Positions 15,932 through 16,501 of a DNA stretch of 16,501 nt are shown in pieces. The notes beneath the pieces were generated by a model. That model had not been told where the DNA came from. It worked only from the letters and a program-made list of their open reading frames with translations, and searched no databases. The DNA comes from a virus: UHGV virus genome UHGV-0096653; one strand, given 5' to 3'. The position numbers and the translations under genes were made by a program. Each line of letters begins with the position of its first letter. The first letter of the stretch is position 1.

Positions 15932-16501
15932 CCAGTAAGAACTTTGCACTGATTACAGCCATGACACAGGCTGAACTGACTCAAAAGGTGAATGAACATC
16001 TTGCGAAAGGGTGGCATCTTCAGGGGGAGACGCGGGTTGCCTACGAACCCGGCACCCCGTGGTATCTAATGCAGGCAATGGTGGCCGATGGCACTACAGA
16101 CATCTCACCTGATTCCCCCCAGCACGGCAGAGTGCCGGAGTGGTATTACGTGGTGGTACTTGCTGGTCAATCCAATGCCATGTCATATGGTGATGGAATG
16201 CCGCTGCCGGATTCTTACGATGCGCCACACCCACGCATTAAGCAACTGGCCCGTCGCAACACAGTGACTCCCGGTGGTAAAGCATGCGCATTTAACGACA
16301 TCATTCCGGCAGACCACTGCCTGCATGATGTTCAGGATATGAGCGCACTGAATCATCCGAAGGCAGACCTGAGCAAAGGGCAGTACGGCTGTGTCGGCCA
16401 GGGCTTACATATTGCCAAAAAACTGCTTCCGTATATCCCGAATAACGCGGGGATCCTGCTGGTACCATGCTGTCGTGGTGGTTCGGCATTCACCCAGGGC
16501 G
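15928..16501 (+). CDS. DUF1737 + SGNH-hydrolase sialate O-acetylesterase-like protein (NanS-p-like), 3' end beyond window
   Basis: Open frame from ATG 15928 to the window end; N-terminal segment MTSKNFALITAMTQAELTQKVNEHLAKGWHLQGE (DUF1737-like) followed by VVLAGQSNAMSYG, the GQSN catalytic-serine block of SGNH esterases. Confidence 0.65.
   Translation, partial: MTSKNFALITAMTQAELTQKVNEHLAKGWHLQGETRVAYEPGTPWYLMQAMVADGTTDISPDSPQHGRVPEWYYVVVLAGQSNAMSYGDGMPLPDSYDAPHPRIKQLARRNTVTPGGKACAFNDIIPADHCLHDVQDMSALNHPKADLSKGQYGCVGQGLHIAKKLLPYIPNNAGILLVPCCRGGSAFTQG

Noticed and set aside
1-16501. tRNA genes, CRISPR arrays, IS elements/transposases, integrase
   Set aside because: No cloverleaf-compatible tRNA-like segment, no regularly spaced repeat-spacer array, and no transposase or integrase-like ORF seen; att sites and integrase are presumably outside this window.

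Overview
Prophage segment, probably from an E. coli-like enterobacterium, with a mosaic layout; all calls are by eye from the sequence and ORF translations, with no database search run. (1) 1-2600: a lambdoid-type immunity/replication switch, with an iteron-containing winged-helix initiator, a CII-like protein and a Cro-like protein on the minus strand, divergent from an SOS-cleavable CI-like repressor; two related operator/promoter clusters flank the repressor gene. (2) 2600-8150: an accessory region with an AT-rich two-TM membrane protein, a structured non-coding stretch, a yfdP-yfdQ-yfdR-yfdS-yfdT-like operon, a ~580 bp repeat- and hairpin-rich non-coding region and an orphan 174-aa ORF abutting the portal gene. 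(3) 8160-15930: a P2-like head/packaging module (Q, P on minus; O, N, M, L, X on plus) followed by holin, M15 endolysin and an overlapping spanin pair. (4) 15928-end: the start of a DUF1737 + SGNH esterase (NanS-p-like) cargo gene. No tRNA, rRNA, CRISPR array or transposase was seen. The best candidates for something undescribed are the orphan ORF at 7625-8149 with its adjacent non-coding region, and the membrane-protein locus beside the repressor; neither can be assigned a function from sequence alone.
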